Positions 54,953 through 64,000 of a stretch of 64,000 nt of DNA are shown one piece after another. Under the pieces are notes generated by a model, which made no database searches, had not been told where the DNA came from, and was given only the letters and a program-made list of their open reading frames with translations. The position numbers were made by a program, and so were the translations under genes. Numbering within the stretch: the stretch's first letter is position 1; each line of letters starts with the position of its first letter. The DNA is from a bacterium (GTDB lineage Bacteria; Planctomycetota; UBA8108; UBA1146). The stretch spans positions 10,178 to 74,177 of the forward strand of contig JAPOLY010000004.1 of assembly GCA_029976805.1 (NCBI GenBank), read 5' to 3'.

Positions 54953-56245
54953 TCACTGATGTCTCAGTGCTGAGATGGGATCAAGAGCAGCAGCTCTTCT
55001 GGCCGGATAAATTCCTGACGTAATTCCGACAGCGACGGAAATCGTCAAGGCCACCATTATGCTTATTGGGGTTATCACCGCAGTCCAACCCGTAAAAATC
55101 ACGAGGATCTGGACCAGGCCAAACCCCAGGAAGATACCCAATACGCCACCCAGGATAGAGATGGTTGTCGTCTCAGTCAGAAACTGGGCGATGATATGCC
55201 TCTTTTGAGCCCCCAATGCCCTGCGAACTCCGATCTCTCGAGTGCGTTCAGTGACGGTCGCCAGCATGATGTTGGCGATGCCGATCCCCCCTACCAGAAG
55301 GGAAATGGACGCAATCGCGACCAGTGCAATGTTGAAGACCTGTTGGGTCTTCCGTCTTTGGGCCAACACCTCCAGGGGAACGATCATTTCGTAATCTTTT
55401 TCCGGATGGTTTCGGGAAAGAAGATTTTCTATCGTTCGGGAGGTCAAGATCACCTGATCAAGATTTTCGACCTCAACCACGATCTGGTTCAATTCCACGT
55501 CAGTGGCTTCCCAGCTACCTGCGCTTCCAGAAAAGGATCTCGTTCCCTGTCGCTTGAGTACCGTCTGATAGGGAATATAGATTTCCGAGCTGCGGGCGTC
55601 GGCGACCAGCGCCTTTTGCGCATAGCCCTGAAAACGGTCCTCGGAAAGGACACCGACGATGGTGAACTTTTGATCCTCAATCGTCAGTACATAACCGATG
55701 GGATCTTCATAAATTCCCAGTTCCTGAAGCAAACCTGAGCGGACTACACAAACGCGGGCCAAATCTTCTTCATCCTGGGGACTCAGAGCCCTGCCACTTG
55801 CGATCTCCAATCCGAATACTTCAAAGTAGTCTGGCTCAACAGCAAACAGGGTGCTTTCGACCCAGCGGCTTCCATTCCATGCCTTCTTTTTACTGAGATG
55901 GACTGGCAGTACCCGTTCGATTCCGGGAATCGTCTCCACGATCTGCCGGTGATCCTTGAATTTCAGACCGTAATAGTTGATCCAGCCTCTGCGGCTACTG
56001 CTACCACTGCTGCTGTTATTCTCTGGCTGGTCCGGCTCCACAGAGTTGATAATAATGTTCTGGATACCCAGACGACCGATTTCCTGCAGCAACTCTTTCT
56101 CGGCACCAGCCCCCAAAGCCAACATGGCAATCACGGATCCGACTCCGAACACGACCCCCAACATGGTCAGCACTGTTCTCATGGGGTAACCCAGAAGGCT
56201 CTGTAATCCCATACGCAGAAGTTCTTTTTTCTTCCGCGAAATCAT
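54953..56245 (-). CDS. ABC transporter permease (FtsX/MacB-type)
   Basis: 430 aa. N-terminal TM, large periplasmic domain, C-terminal FtsX 3-TM bundle. Confidence 0.85.
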   Translation of the reverse strand: MISRKKKELLRMGLQSLLGYPMRTVLTMLGVVFGVGSVIAMLALGAGAEKELLQEIGRLGIQNIIINSVEPDQPENNSSSGSSSRRGWINYYGLKFKDHRQIVETIPGIERVLPVHLSKKKAWNGSRWVESTLFAVEPDYFEVFGLEIASGRALSPQDEEDLARVCVVRSGLLQELGIYEDPIGYVLTIEDQKFTIVGVLSEDRFQGYAQKALVADARSSEIYIPYQTVLKRQGTRSFSGSAGSWEATDVELNQIVVEVENLDQVILTSRTIENLLSRNHPEKDYEMIVPLEVLAQRRKTQQVFNIALVAIASISLLVGGIGIANIMLATVTERTREIGVRRALGAQKRHIIAQFLTETTTISILGGVLGIFLGFGLVQILVIFTGWTAVITPISIMVALTISVAVGITSGIYPARRAAALDPISALRHQ

Positions 56246-56925
56246 GAGGCCTCCTCGATCACCAGTCCATCGTGGATTCGAACCTGCCTCTGAGCTCGCA
56301 GAGCCACTTCCTGATCGTGAGTGATCATGATGATGGTCCTTCCATCACCATGAAGCGAATCCATCAACTCGAGAACTTCCTGACCTGTTTTCGAATCCAG
56401 ATTTCCGGTCGGTTCATCAGCCAAAAGAATCAACGGGTCATTAACCAGAGATCGGGCAATTGCCACTCGTTGACATTCTCCTCCGGACAATTGAGACGGA
56501 CGATGAGAGAGCCTGTGAGACAAACCCACTGAGTCGAGGATCGAGCGACAATGCTCTTCCTTTTCCCTGATGGAAGATTCGCCATACAAGAGTGGTACCT
56601 GAACATTTTCAAGAACTGTCAATTGCGGAATCAACTGAAAACTCTGAAAGATGAATCCGATGTCTTCGTTTCGGATTCTTGAAAGCTCGTCGTCGGACTG
56701 CTGAGAAACATCTTTTCCACCCAAGAGGTAAGACCCCTCAGTAGGAACATCCAGGCACCCCAACAGATTCAGAAGGGTAGACTTGCCCGACCCTGAGGTT
56801 CCCATAATAGAAACAAATTCCCCTTGAGTGACATCGAGATGAATCCCTTTGAGAACATGTAATCGCGGCTCAACTTCACCGTAGTATTTGTGGATTCCCT
56901 CAAGGGAAATGATCGGCTGGGGCAA
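56242..56925 (-). CDS. ABC transporter ATP-binding protein (MacB/LolD-type)
   Basis: ORF 56242..57069 trimmed to TTG at 56925 (MPQPIISLEGIHKYYG), 1 nt after the HlyD stop. Walker A GTSGSGKST, signature LSGGECQRVAIARSL, Walker B ILLADEPTGNLD. Confidence 0.85.
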   Translation of the reverse strand: MPQPIISLEGIHKYYGEVEPRLHVLKGIHLDVTQGEFVSIMGTSGSGKSTLLNLLGCLDVPTEGSYLLGGKDVSQQSDDELSRIRNEDIGFIFQSFQLIPQLTVLENVQVPLLYGESSIREKEEHCRSILDSVGLSHRLSHRPSQLSGGECQRVAIARSLVNDPLILLADEPTGNLDSKTGQEVLELMDSLHGDGRTIIMITHDQEVALRAQRQVRIHDGLVIEEAS

Positions 56926-56926
56926 T

Positions 56927-58429
56927 TCAGGGCTTACTTCCCGGGAGAATGGCTGCCGTCGTTCCCACCGCTGGTTTTTCTTCAGTGGAAGTCTCTGTCT
57001 GATCAGGTTTGTAAAGCAGGACTTTTTCACCCTCAGACAATCCCTCTGTGATTTCGAGATAGCTCTCATTCGAACGCCCCACCTGAACGCTGCGTTTCTC
57101 CGGTTTCCCGGTGGTCATGACATAGCAGTGGAAGGCTCCCGATTCTGCGTAAACCGCTTGGATCGGAACGTGCAATACGTTTTCCAGATTACCCGTGTTG
57201 ATCACCACTTCCGCAGAAGTTCCCGGTTTCAGGGAGAGGTCACTTCCACGTAACTGAATCTCCACCGAAAACCTGCGAACACGATCCCCCCAGCGTCGGT
57301 CACCGGCATTGGCCACCGAATCAATTTTTGTGACTTCTCCATTGTAGATTCGGGTCTTGTTGACGTCGGAGCGAATCTCGGCAGCCATCCCGACCTTGAC
57401 CTTGTCGATATCGGCTTCATGGATCTTGATCAAAACAGCCATCTCACTGGGATCAGGAATGGTCAAAAGGACATGGTTGAAGTAGGTGTCTCCACCAACA
57501 CGCACCTCGTCGCGATCCCAAGGTCTGTCCGGGTTCCCGTAGAAGACAACCCCGCTGGCGGTCGAGAAAACAGACATTTTGCTGAGATTGTCTTTTTCAC
57601 GATCCAATTCCTCCTGCGACTCCCCCACACGGCGCTCATACTGACTGACTTTCAGGTCGATATTGGCGAGGGATTTCTCTGCCGCTCTGGTTTCCATTTC
57701 GAGAGCTCGTGCCGCCTGAGAGACGCTGGACTCTTTCTGTTTGACGGAAAGAGGCTTTTCGTAGGAATCATAAAGATTTTTGTTTTGATTGGCGGTCACC
57801 AGAGCTTCTCGCCGCTCCTTCAGTTTGATTCTCTCCTGCTCGAACTGATCGGAAGTCACAAAGCCCTTCTCCAGCATCGTCGGCATGTCTTTCCAAAGGC
57901 CCTCAGATCGATCCAGTTCCGACTGAGCCCTTTCAATGGCCAGACTCAGCTCTCTTGCCCTGCGGGGAATATCACCTTGCCTCAGTTTTTCCAGCTCAAC
58001 TTGTGCCACTTCCAGCCCCAGTTGCGCTTTCTCCAAATTGGTCTTGTTGCGATCCTCCTGGATCTTTCGATCGTTGCGTGCTGAAAACAGGGACGTTTCC
58101 TCGGCAATCAACTCGTTTTCCAGTTGGTCGATCCGTTTTTGGACCTCTGTTTTCTCCAGTTCGACGATGAGGTCACCCTCCTTGACCTGAGAGCCTTCAT
58201 CGACCATCCACTCGATGCGGCGTCTTCCCCGAACTTCGGAGCGAATACGGGTCGCATTGCGTGTAGTGAGAGTTCCTCTTTCAGTCAGCGTAATGGAAAG
58301 ATCACCCCGACTGACGGTCACCACTCCTCCACCGCTATTCTCAGCTGTTTCTCCGCCAAAAAAGAAAAAGAAAATACCTGCGAGAATGATCAGGCCGACG
58401 ATCAGGCGGATCTGTTCTTTTGATTTCAT
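56927..58429 (-). CDS. HlyD/MacA-type periplasmic adaptor (efflux membrane-fusion protein)
   Basis: 500 aa. N-terminal TM, lipoyl/beta-barrel segments, long coiled coil. Confidence 0.85.
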   Translation of the reverse strand: MKSKEQIRLIVGLIILAGIFFFFFGGETAENSGGGVVTVSRGDLSITLTERGTLTTRNATRIRSEVRGRRRIEWMVDEGSQVKEGDLIVELEKTEVQKRIDQLENELIAEETSLFSARNDRKIQEDRNKTNLEKAQLGLEVAQVELEKLRQGDIPRRARELSLAIERAQSELDRSEGLWKDMPTMLEKGFVTSDQFEQERIKLKERREALVTANQNKNLYDSYEKPLSVKQKESSVSQAARALEMETRAAEKSLANIDLKVSQYERRVGESQEELDREKDNLSKMSVFSTASGVVFYGNPDRPWDRDEVRVGGDTYFNHVLLTIPDPSEMAVLIKIHEADIDKVKVGMAAEIRSDVNKTRIYNGEVTKIDSVANAGDRRWGDRVRRFSVEIQLRGSDLSLKPGTSAEVVINTGNLENVLHVPIQAVYAESGAFHCYVMTTGKPEKRSVQVGRSNESYLEITEGLSEGEKVLLYKPDQTETSTEEKPAVGTTAAILPGSKP

Positions 58430-59994
58430 GAAACGATCATCCCTTCCTCAGAGACGAAGAGCAGCCCCAACAATCGATAGATTTCAAGAATCTGGATTTC
58501 ATGGGAGACAATCCGATCCAATTGGGAATTCTTGGCTTCTGTCAGAGCTGTTTGTGCTTCAACAACATCACGGTTCGTCACCGTGCCACGAGTCTGATCG
58601 ATCTCTGCTTTTTCAACTGTCAGGGAAAGAGACTCGATGGTCCGGGATCCGATTTCCAGCTGGAATTTGAGTTGGTCCAACTGACGCAGGGCGGACTGTA
58701 CTTCCAGGCGAACCTGCTGTTCCTTGAGATCAAGCCCCCTGATTTCTCTCTCGAGAGCGATCTCTGCGTTTCGGAACGCATTTCTGCGTCCCATTCGATC
58801 CAGCGGAATCTCCAGGTTCAATCCTGCTGAGTAGGACTCACTGTCACCCCAGTCAAGACTCGAAAAGGAATCGGTGATCTCGGATGAGGATCCATAACTG
58901 AGACTCAGGTTCAGGTCAGGCAACAATCCGTTTCTGGCGATATCGAGATCACCCCTGACGTCCTCCAGCTGATCCCTTGCGGTCAAAAGGTCCAACCGAT
59001 TATTCATGGCTGCGGCCAAAGCCGCATCCAAAGAGATGGAGAACTCGGACAGTTCCGGAAAGTCACCCATCAACTCGATATCACTGTCGATCGAAACTCC
59101 CAAATCAATTTTGAAGTTGTCGAGCGCATCCTGAAACTGTTCGACGGCATTGGATTGACTGTTTTTGGCAACAAGCAATGCCTGTTCCGCTCGAAAGACA
59201 TCCAGACTGCTTCCTGTACCGATTCGAAACAAAGCCTTCGCCTGGTCGTAGGCGAACTGTTGACCTCGAACATTTTCCTCAGCATTTGCCAGCTGAATCT
59301 TCTGACTCAACAAGTTGTAAAACTTCTGTGTGATCTGAATCGCGAAACTCTGGCGGTAGTCTTCGAAGTTTCTCGCAGCATACAGAAGATTACGCTCGGC
59401 ACCGGTCAAAGCGTCGTAAGGAATCGATTTCCCCGCCCCCCTCAACAGGGGTTGGGTAATACTCGCACTGAAATTTCCAGAGTAATCACCCACGGCAGAG
59501 GTTCCGTCGTCCACGCGGTCACTCCCTGCAGACACGCTGAGACGACCGCCTGTAAAAAGGTATTGCTGACCATTGAGAGACAGGCCGGCAACCTTGGAAA
59601 GTTCGTCTTCGTCTGATGAACCGGAAACATTGTAAGAGAGGCTTCCGGAAAAAACGGGCCTGAGAAAATCTCTGCGGGTCACCCCCAATGAGAGCGCGGA
59701 CAGGAAAAGGGATTCCCTTTGACTGAGATAACCGCGATTGAGACGGGTTCCCAATCTCAGTGCAGATTCAAGGGTGATGTGCTCAACGATGACCGGAGGT
59801 TTTTCGGAGTCATCGATCACAGACTGGCTGAATGGATCGATAAGATCCTCGCTGCGGAAACGCTGAACCTCAGCGGTCACTTCGGAGCGAATCTCTTCAC
59901 CCTGGTCCTGAGCCAAACGGTGATCCCGGCTGGCACATCCGCTGAGGCTGACCAGAAGGGTCATGGCAATTAGTGATCGGGTTGCATGCGTCAT
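58426..59994 (-). CDS. TolC-family outer-membrane efflux protein (lipoprotein signal)
   Basis: 522 aa. MTHATRSLIAMTLLVSLSGC|AS lipobox. Two TolC-type repeats. Stop overlaps the HlyD start (ATGA). Confidence 0.85.
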   Translation of the reverse strand: MTHATRSLIAMTLLVSLSGCASRDHRLAQDQGEEIRSEVTAEVQRFRSEDLIDPFSQSVIDDSEKPPVIVEHITLESALRLGTRLNRGYLSQRESLFLSALSLGVTRRDFLRPVFSGSLSYNVSGSSDEDELSKVAGLSLNGQQYLFTGGRLSVSAGSDRVDDGTSAVGDYSGNFSASITQPLLRGAGKSIPYDALTGAERNLLYAARNFEDYRQSFAIQITQKFYNLLSQKIQLANAEENVRGQQFAYDQAKALFRIGTGSSLDVFRAEQALLVAKNSQSNAVEQFQDALDNFKIDLGVSIDSDIELMGDFPELSEFSISLDAALAAAMNNRLDLLTARDQLEDVRGDLDIARNGLLPDLNLSLSYGSSSEITDSFSSLDWGDSESYSAGLNLEIPLDRMGRRNAFRNAEIALEREIRGLDLKEQQVRLEVQSALRQLDQLKFQLEIGSRTIESLSLTVEKAEIDQTRGTVTNRDVVEAQTALTEAKNSQLDRIVSHEIQILEIYRLLGLLFVSEEGMIVS

Positions 59995-60197
59995 CAGTTC
60001 CTGACCAGACGTTGTTTTTCAAACCTGGAGGTTCACTTTACCCGATAGGAATTATTCAACAATCGCGACACCGGTTCAGACCCCAATAGCGCAGTCGATT
60101 TGGAAACTTCTTCATGGTCAGACTGGAAGGTCCCTGAAGGGGCTTAATTCGATCCAGAAATGGAAATCGCCCCTTTCCTTGCGGAAAGGGGCGATCA

Positions 60198-60273
60198 TGG
60201 CTCCCCGGGTTGGACTCGAACCAACAACCAAGTGATTAACAGTCACCTACTCTGCCAATTGAGCTACCGGGGA
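60198..60273 (-). tRNA. tRNA-Asn (anticodon GTT)
   Basis: Minus strand TCCCCGG-TA-GCTCAATTGGCAGAGT... Anticodon stem-loop GGTGA-CTGTTAA-TCACT. T-loop GGTTCGAGTCC. CCGGGGA-G-CCA. Followed by hairpin 60166-60196 (atcgcccctttcc ttgc ggaaaggggcgat). Confidence 0.88.
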
Positions 60274-60314
60274 ATTGCTGTGTGTGAAGAAACTTATCCC
60301 TCAGGGAGAGAAGT

Positions 60315-60320
60315 GTCAAT
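60315..60320 (-). promoter_or_regulatory. perfect TTGACA -35-like hexamer about 45 nt upstream of tRNA-Asn (weak -10 TAAGTT at 17 nt)
   Basis: Minus-strand TTGACA-cttctctccctgaggga-TAAGTT. Confidence 0.3.
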
Positions 60321-60452
60321 CATTGCTGGCCAATGGGACCCACAAGCGGAAAAATTGACCTGCCACCCCCCTTACAGGAGTCCGGATCAGGCCACCCCGG
60401 AATATTGACTTTAATCAATATTCTGCGATCCTTCAACACGAAAGGAGGGGGA

Positions 60453-61508
60453 ATGGCAAATCCAACCGCACAGAGATGGGGCAGATCCCAAGAAGTCTCC
60501 CTGGGCCCCACAGAGGTAGAACGACTGAGAAAACGATTCCCTGAGTTTATCGGTCAATCGGAGTCTCTTCTGAGAGTTCTTCAGCAGATCGAACAGTACG
60601 CCGCCTCTGACGCACCGGTACTGATTCAGGGTGAAAGCGGCACCGGGAAAGAACTGGTCGCCCGGGCATTGCACCGGCTGGGCCCCCGACGCCATGGCCC
60701 CATCGTCGCCGAAAACTGTGCCGCGCTGGCTCCTTCCATGCTCGAGGGAGAGCTGTTCGGCCACAATCGCGGAGCCTTTACCGGAGCCCACTCAGAGAGA
60801 GCGGGGCTGATCGAATCTGCCCACGGCGGAGTTCTATTTCTCGATGAAATCACTGAAACGAGCCTGGAACTACAATCGAAACTTCTGCGGGTATTGCAGG
60901 AAAAGGAGATCCGTCGCCTCGGTAGCAGTCAGTCTCGAAAGGTCGATTTCCGCCTGATCTGCGCCAGCCATCGCAACGTTGAAAACACAGTAGAGGCCGG
61001 TCTGTTTCGTGAGGATTTGAGATATCGCATCGATGTTCTCCGAATCCAGCTGCCTTCCCTGCGCCACCGTAGACAAGACATCCCCCAACTTTGCAGGACT
61101 TTCCTTGGGAGATATTGCCAAAAAATAGGCAGGAGGATCCCCACTATTTCAGCGGATGCCATGACCGTTTTGATCAGCTCCCGGTGGCAGGGAAACATCC
61201 GGGAACTGCAGAACGAAATGGAAAGACTGGCCAATCAGATGGGACCGAGAATCCATGCCGACCATCTCTCGGAATCTCTGCAACAGGAAGGGATCCCCCA
61301 TCCAATGGCACTCAAGCTGCGTGCTGAAGTGGGGACCGATCTTCAAAAGCTGGAAAAAATCGTCCTCGGTGGTGTCGTCAAGGACGTCCTCAGGGAAACT
61401 TCAGGCAACAAGGCCCAGGCCGCTCGCCTGCTGGGAATTCCCAAGACAACCCTGTATCGCCGACTCGACCGATATGGGGTCCGAAGACAACACGGACAGC
61501 AACCCTAA
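60453..61508 (+). CDS. sigma-54-dependent transcriptional activator (AAA+ and Fis-type HTH only, no N-terminal sensory/receiver domain)
   Basis: ORF 60333..61508 trimmed to MANPTAQ with AGGAGGGGG RBS. Walker A GESGTGKE, GAFTGA motif, Walker B LFLDEI, C-terminal HTH AARLLGIPKTTLYRRL. Confidence 0.85.
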   Translation: MANPTAQRWGRSQEVSLGPTEVERLRKRFPEFIGQSESLLRVLQQIEQYAASDAPVLIQGESGTGKELVARALHRLGPRRHGPIVAENCAALAPSMLEGELFGHNRGAFTGAHSERAGLIESAHGGVLFLDEITETSLELQSKLLRVLQEKEIRRLGSSQSRKVDFRLICASHRNVENTVEAGLFREDLRYRIDVLRIQLPSLRHRRQDIPQLCRTFLGRYCQKIGRRIPTISADAMTVLISSRWQGNIRELQNEMERLANQMGPRIHADHLSESLQQEGIPHPMALKLRAEVGTDLQKLEKIVLGGVVKDVLRETSGNKAQAARLLGIPKTTLYRRLDRYGVRRQHGQQP

Positions 61509-62080
61509 CTGTTGATCTGGTGAACCTGGGCGATGTATGGCAAGTTCCGGTAGTACCCCTGCCAATCCAGCCCATAGCCGACAACGAAATTATTGGGGAT
61601 CTCGAAACCACAATAATCAATATGACTCAACTTCACATTGTTCGCCGGCTTGTGCAGCAAAGTGCAGATGCTGATCGAGGCCGGATTTCTCGACTCCAGA
61701 TTTGATTGCAGATATTTGAGGGTCAAACCGGTATCGACAATATCTTCGACCAGTAAGACATGACGATTTGAAATCGATTGTTGAAGATCCAGATCGAGCT
61801 TCACCTCACCACTCGTGACGACTGAATCACCATAAGATGAGGCCCTGAGAAAATCGACAGTGAAGGGGAAATCCAACTGACGAACCAGGTCCGCCACGAA
61901 AACAAAGGCCCCTTTGAGAACGCATACAATGACAGGATCCTTGTCTCCCAATTGCTCACGAATCTCTGTACTCAGATCGCTGATTCGCTGACGGATTTCC
62001 TGCTCTTCATGAAGAACTTCCAGTCGGTGCCCGGGCAATGGTGGATCCGGTTGCAATCTCATGTGGCCCATTTGGTTCAT
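61505..62080 (-). CDS. hpt: hypoxanthine(-guanine) phosphoribosyltransferase
   Basis: 191 aa. PRPP-binding motif VLLVEDIVDTGLT and the type-I PRTase fold. Start may be the internal Met (MRLQP). Confidence 0.85.
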   Translation of the reverse strand: MNQMGHMRLQPDPPLPGHRLEVLHEEQEIRQRISDLSTEIREQLGDKDPVIVCVLKGAFVFVADLVRQLDFPFTVDFLRASSYGDSVVTSGEVKLDLDLQQSISNRHVLLVEDIVDTGLTLKYLQSNLESRNPASISICTLLHKPANNVKLSHIDYCGFEIPNNFVVGYGLDWQGYYRNLPYIAQVHQINS

Positions 62081-62122
62081 CCTCTTTCTCTTCCCCTTTT
62101 GTCGATCAGGGCTGTTCTGCTC

Positions 62123-62932
62123 TCAAATCCAGGAATTGTTGATAATCTCGCCGACGCCCCCGGCTCCCGGAACGATGTAATCAATCTCGTTCAAACCACT
62201 TTCGCGAGAATCTTCTCCAGGGCGCATGGAGAACACCTCTTCAGGACTTTCCCCACGATCAAGTCGCAATGCCCAAATTTTCACTCCGGGTTGCTCGCTC
62301 TTCATATTGCGGATGAACTCGGGGGTCACGATCAAATGGGCGGTCATGATGGTTGCAGGCGTGCCTCCCACTTCCGACCGGTAGTGCTGGATCACCTTTG
62401 ACAGAGAAGACCCTGTCGCACCCATGGGGTCCGGAAAAATCAAATGGGCCCCATCCACATCTCCACCGATCTTGCTGCCGTGGAGAGCTGCCCCAGTCAC
62501 CGCTCCGGTTTCATCCGTCGTTCTTTCCATGATCACATGATCCTGGCGAACATTGGCGGGATCGATCACTTGATGAAGGACATTCTGACACAGATGCGAA
62601 GGGATCGTACCGGCACGGGCGACGTTGACGGTCACAGCTCTGGATCCGGGGTCTACAATCTGTCCATGAAAGACGCCCTTGGGCGTCGACTGAATCATGT
62701 TCGTTTCACATTCGATCAAACGACGGGGAAACTCGTGACCGATCATTCTCTGTAGAAGTCCACGGTAAAGAGTTTCCAGAATCTCATTGAACCGGGGCTG
62801 GCGGGTTTCCGGATTCCCCAACTCCGCCAGTAATCCCAGCGTAAACGGTTCAGCGAGAATATGGACATCTTCGCCATAAGCGTGATCGAGACCATTCTTT
62901 TCGTGGCCCAGATGATTGTAACTGTTCTCCAT
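62123..62932 (-). CDS. upp: uracil phosphoribosyltransferase with N-terminal extension
   Basis: 269 aa. C-terminal two-thirds collinear with E. coli Upp (FPDPMGATGSS versus IVDPMLATGGS; DYIVPGAGGVGE versus GYIIPGLGDAGD). Confidence 0.72.
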   Translation of the reverse strand: MENSYNHLGHEKNGLDHAYGEDVHILAEPFTLGLLAELGNPETRQPRFNEILETLYRGLLQRMIGHEFPRRLIECETNMIQSTPKGVFHGQIVDPGSRAVTVNVARAGTIPSHLCQNVLHQVIDPANVRQDHVIMERTTDETGAVTGAALHGSKIGGDVDGAHLIFPDPMGATGSSLSKVIQHYRSEVGGTPATIMTAHLIVTPEFIRNMKSEQPGVKIWALRLDRGESPEEVFSMRPGEDSRESGLNEIDYIVPGAGGVGEIINNSWI

Positions 62933-63399
62933 CAGTCAGTTCCTCCACCGGTATCCAAGTCCGCCGGGCCGAATGCATGTGGCAACAACTCTTCCAGAAG
63001 AGTCATCGTGATTCGATCTTCTTCGCCGGTATAGATCTGAAGTTTGCGGGAATCGGGCAAATCAGACAAGACTTGTCGACATGCCCCACAGGGCATAGCC
63101 GTTACCACTTCACCATGAGAGTTTCTGGCCACGACAGCGATCGCTTCAGGAATCCCCGGAGAACCGGCGGATGCCCAGTGCATCACGGCAGAGCGCTCGG
63201 CACAGAGGGTTAATCCGTAACTGGAATTTTCGACATTGCATCCGGGGAAAATCTGGCCTCCGCTAAGGAGGGCAGCACCGACGCGAAATCCTGAAAAGGT
63301 TGCTCTGGAACAGTCCAATTGAGCAATGGCAACCTCATAAAGATCTTCCACTGGTACCGAAAGCCCGGTTCCAGCAGATCCGGATTCAGAGTTCATCAC
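62932..63399 (-). CDS. cdd: cytidine deaminase
   Basis: 155 aa. Zinc-binding motifs CAERSAV and PCGACRQ. Stop overlaps the upp start by 1 nt. Confidence 0.85.
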   Translation of the reverse strand: MMNSESGSAGTGLSVPVEDLYEVAIAQLDCSRATFSGFRVGAALLSGGQIFPGCNVENSSYGLTLCAERSAVMHWASAGSPGIPEAIAVVARNSHGEVVTAMPCGACRQVLSDLPDSRKLQIYTGEEDRITMTLLEELLPHAFGPADLDTGGGTD

Positions 63400-63471
63400 A
63401 TTCCTCCCTCATCCTGTCGCGGGAAATCATACCCGAGACAGGGGCCCATGTCCCGGAGAGCGACCAGGGAA

Positions 63472-63957
63472 TCAGAAACTGACCTGAAGCAATCCGGAAC
63501 AGGAAGGATTTTCTACCCAATGAGTCACCGCAGTGGGAAAGACAACCCGATCGCCTCGCAGAACCTGATGCAAATCGACGGTAGTCTGGTCCCCTTCACC
63601 GGCGAGAAGCAATTCAGAGACCGCTCCCCGAGCATGTGCCAAAGGCACTTTTCGACTGTACAGGGAGAGACAAGAGACGGTCGTCACGATCTCCGGCTGC
63701 ATCGGGTCATCTTCCAGCAAACCCCACAGGTCGGCGAGAACCGATTCAATCGGTCGATCAAGATAGAGCGAGTCGTCCCACTGCAGCGCCAACAACCCTG
63801 GCTCGAGAGCGAGGGCTTCATGAAACAGAGAACCAGCGAGCTGCCAGTTTTCGAGACGAAGGTGCACCAGTGCTTCGAGAAAACGGACCAGCCCAATACC
63901 AGACTGCTCTTGATTTGCCCGATCCAGATGCCTCAAAGAGTCCTCGACGTCTCCCAA
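63472..63957 (-). CDS. hypothetical protein (possibly cupin-like); N-terminus may lie beyond the window edge
   Basis: 161-aa ORF, no confident domain. Confidence 0.35.
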   Translation of the reverse strand: MGDVEDSLRHLDRANQEQSGIGLVRFLEALVHLRLENWQLAGSLFHEALALEPGLLALQWDDSLYLDRPIESVLADLWGLLEDDPMQPEIVTTVSCLSLYSRKVPLAHARGAVSELLLAGEGDQTTVDLHQVLRGDRVVFPTAVTHWVENPSCSGLLQVSF

Positions 63958-64000
63958 TTGATAAGCACTCCACGCATCACAGATGGCAGTGCGAAGAATC

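Overview
This 64 kb window is a high-GC, gene-dense bacterial chromosomal region. The gene content points to Planctomycetota: DUF1501/DUF1800 pairs, TAT-signal Gfo/Idh/MocA oxidoreductases, dockerin-tailed secreted proteins, ASPIC/FG-GAP proteins with multiheme cytochromes, and GT39 paralogs. I found no transposases, integrases or CRISPR arrays.

RNA genes that an ORF track cannot show: a tmRNA (ssrA, minus strand, 15750-16102) with a readable tag ORF ANNNFALAA and a G3:U70 acceptor pair, lying beside smpB and truB. There are five tRNAs: Asp-GTC, Leu-CAG, Val-CAC, Val-TAC and Asn-GTT.

The most notable hidden feature is a thioredoxin-fold gene that the ORF caller split at an in-frame TGA (38244-39296, minus strand). 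The codon sits in a U-P-P-C redox motif, the downstream ORF piece has no ATG, and a SECIS-like hairpin with a GGUC-containing apical loop begins about 18 nt after the UGA. This fits a selenocysteine protein co-transcribed with an arginase and two SPFH-domain (HflK/C-like) genes.

Other notable content: a TAT-exported Gfo/Idh/MocA + xylose-isomerase-like TIM barrel + MFS + DUF1080 cluster, consistent with the oxidative (3-keto) glycoside cleavage route. There is a second, cytoplasmic Gfo/isomerase pair. An archaeal-type topoisomerase VI A/B pair has a lysine-rich, H1-like N-terminal tail on the B subunit. Three secreted proteins carry type-I dockerin repeat pairs followed by a conserved tri-cysteine C-terminal tail. 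A CstB-like persulfide dioxygenase-rhodanese fusion sits with a YgaP-like rhodanese. A fused ZIP-like/COG0701 His-rich permease is present. A pentaheme cytochrome-TPR protein is paired with an ASPIC/FG-GAP protein. A MacAB-TolC-type efflux operon lies with ArsR and a sigma-54 activator. A cdd-upp-hpt salvage cluster is present. A possible 33-aa highly basic peptide gene has its own promoter-like sequence. All assignments come from reading the translations and sequence by eye; no database search was run.
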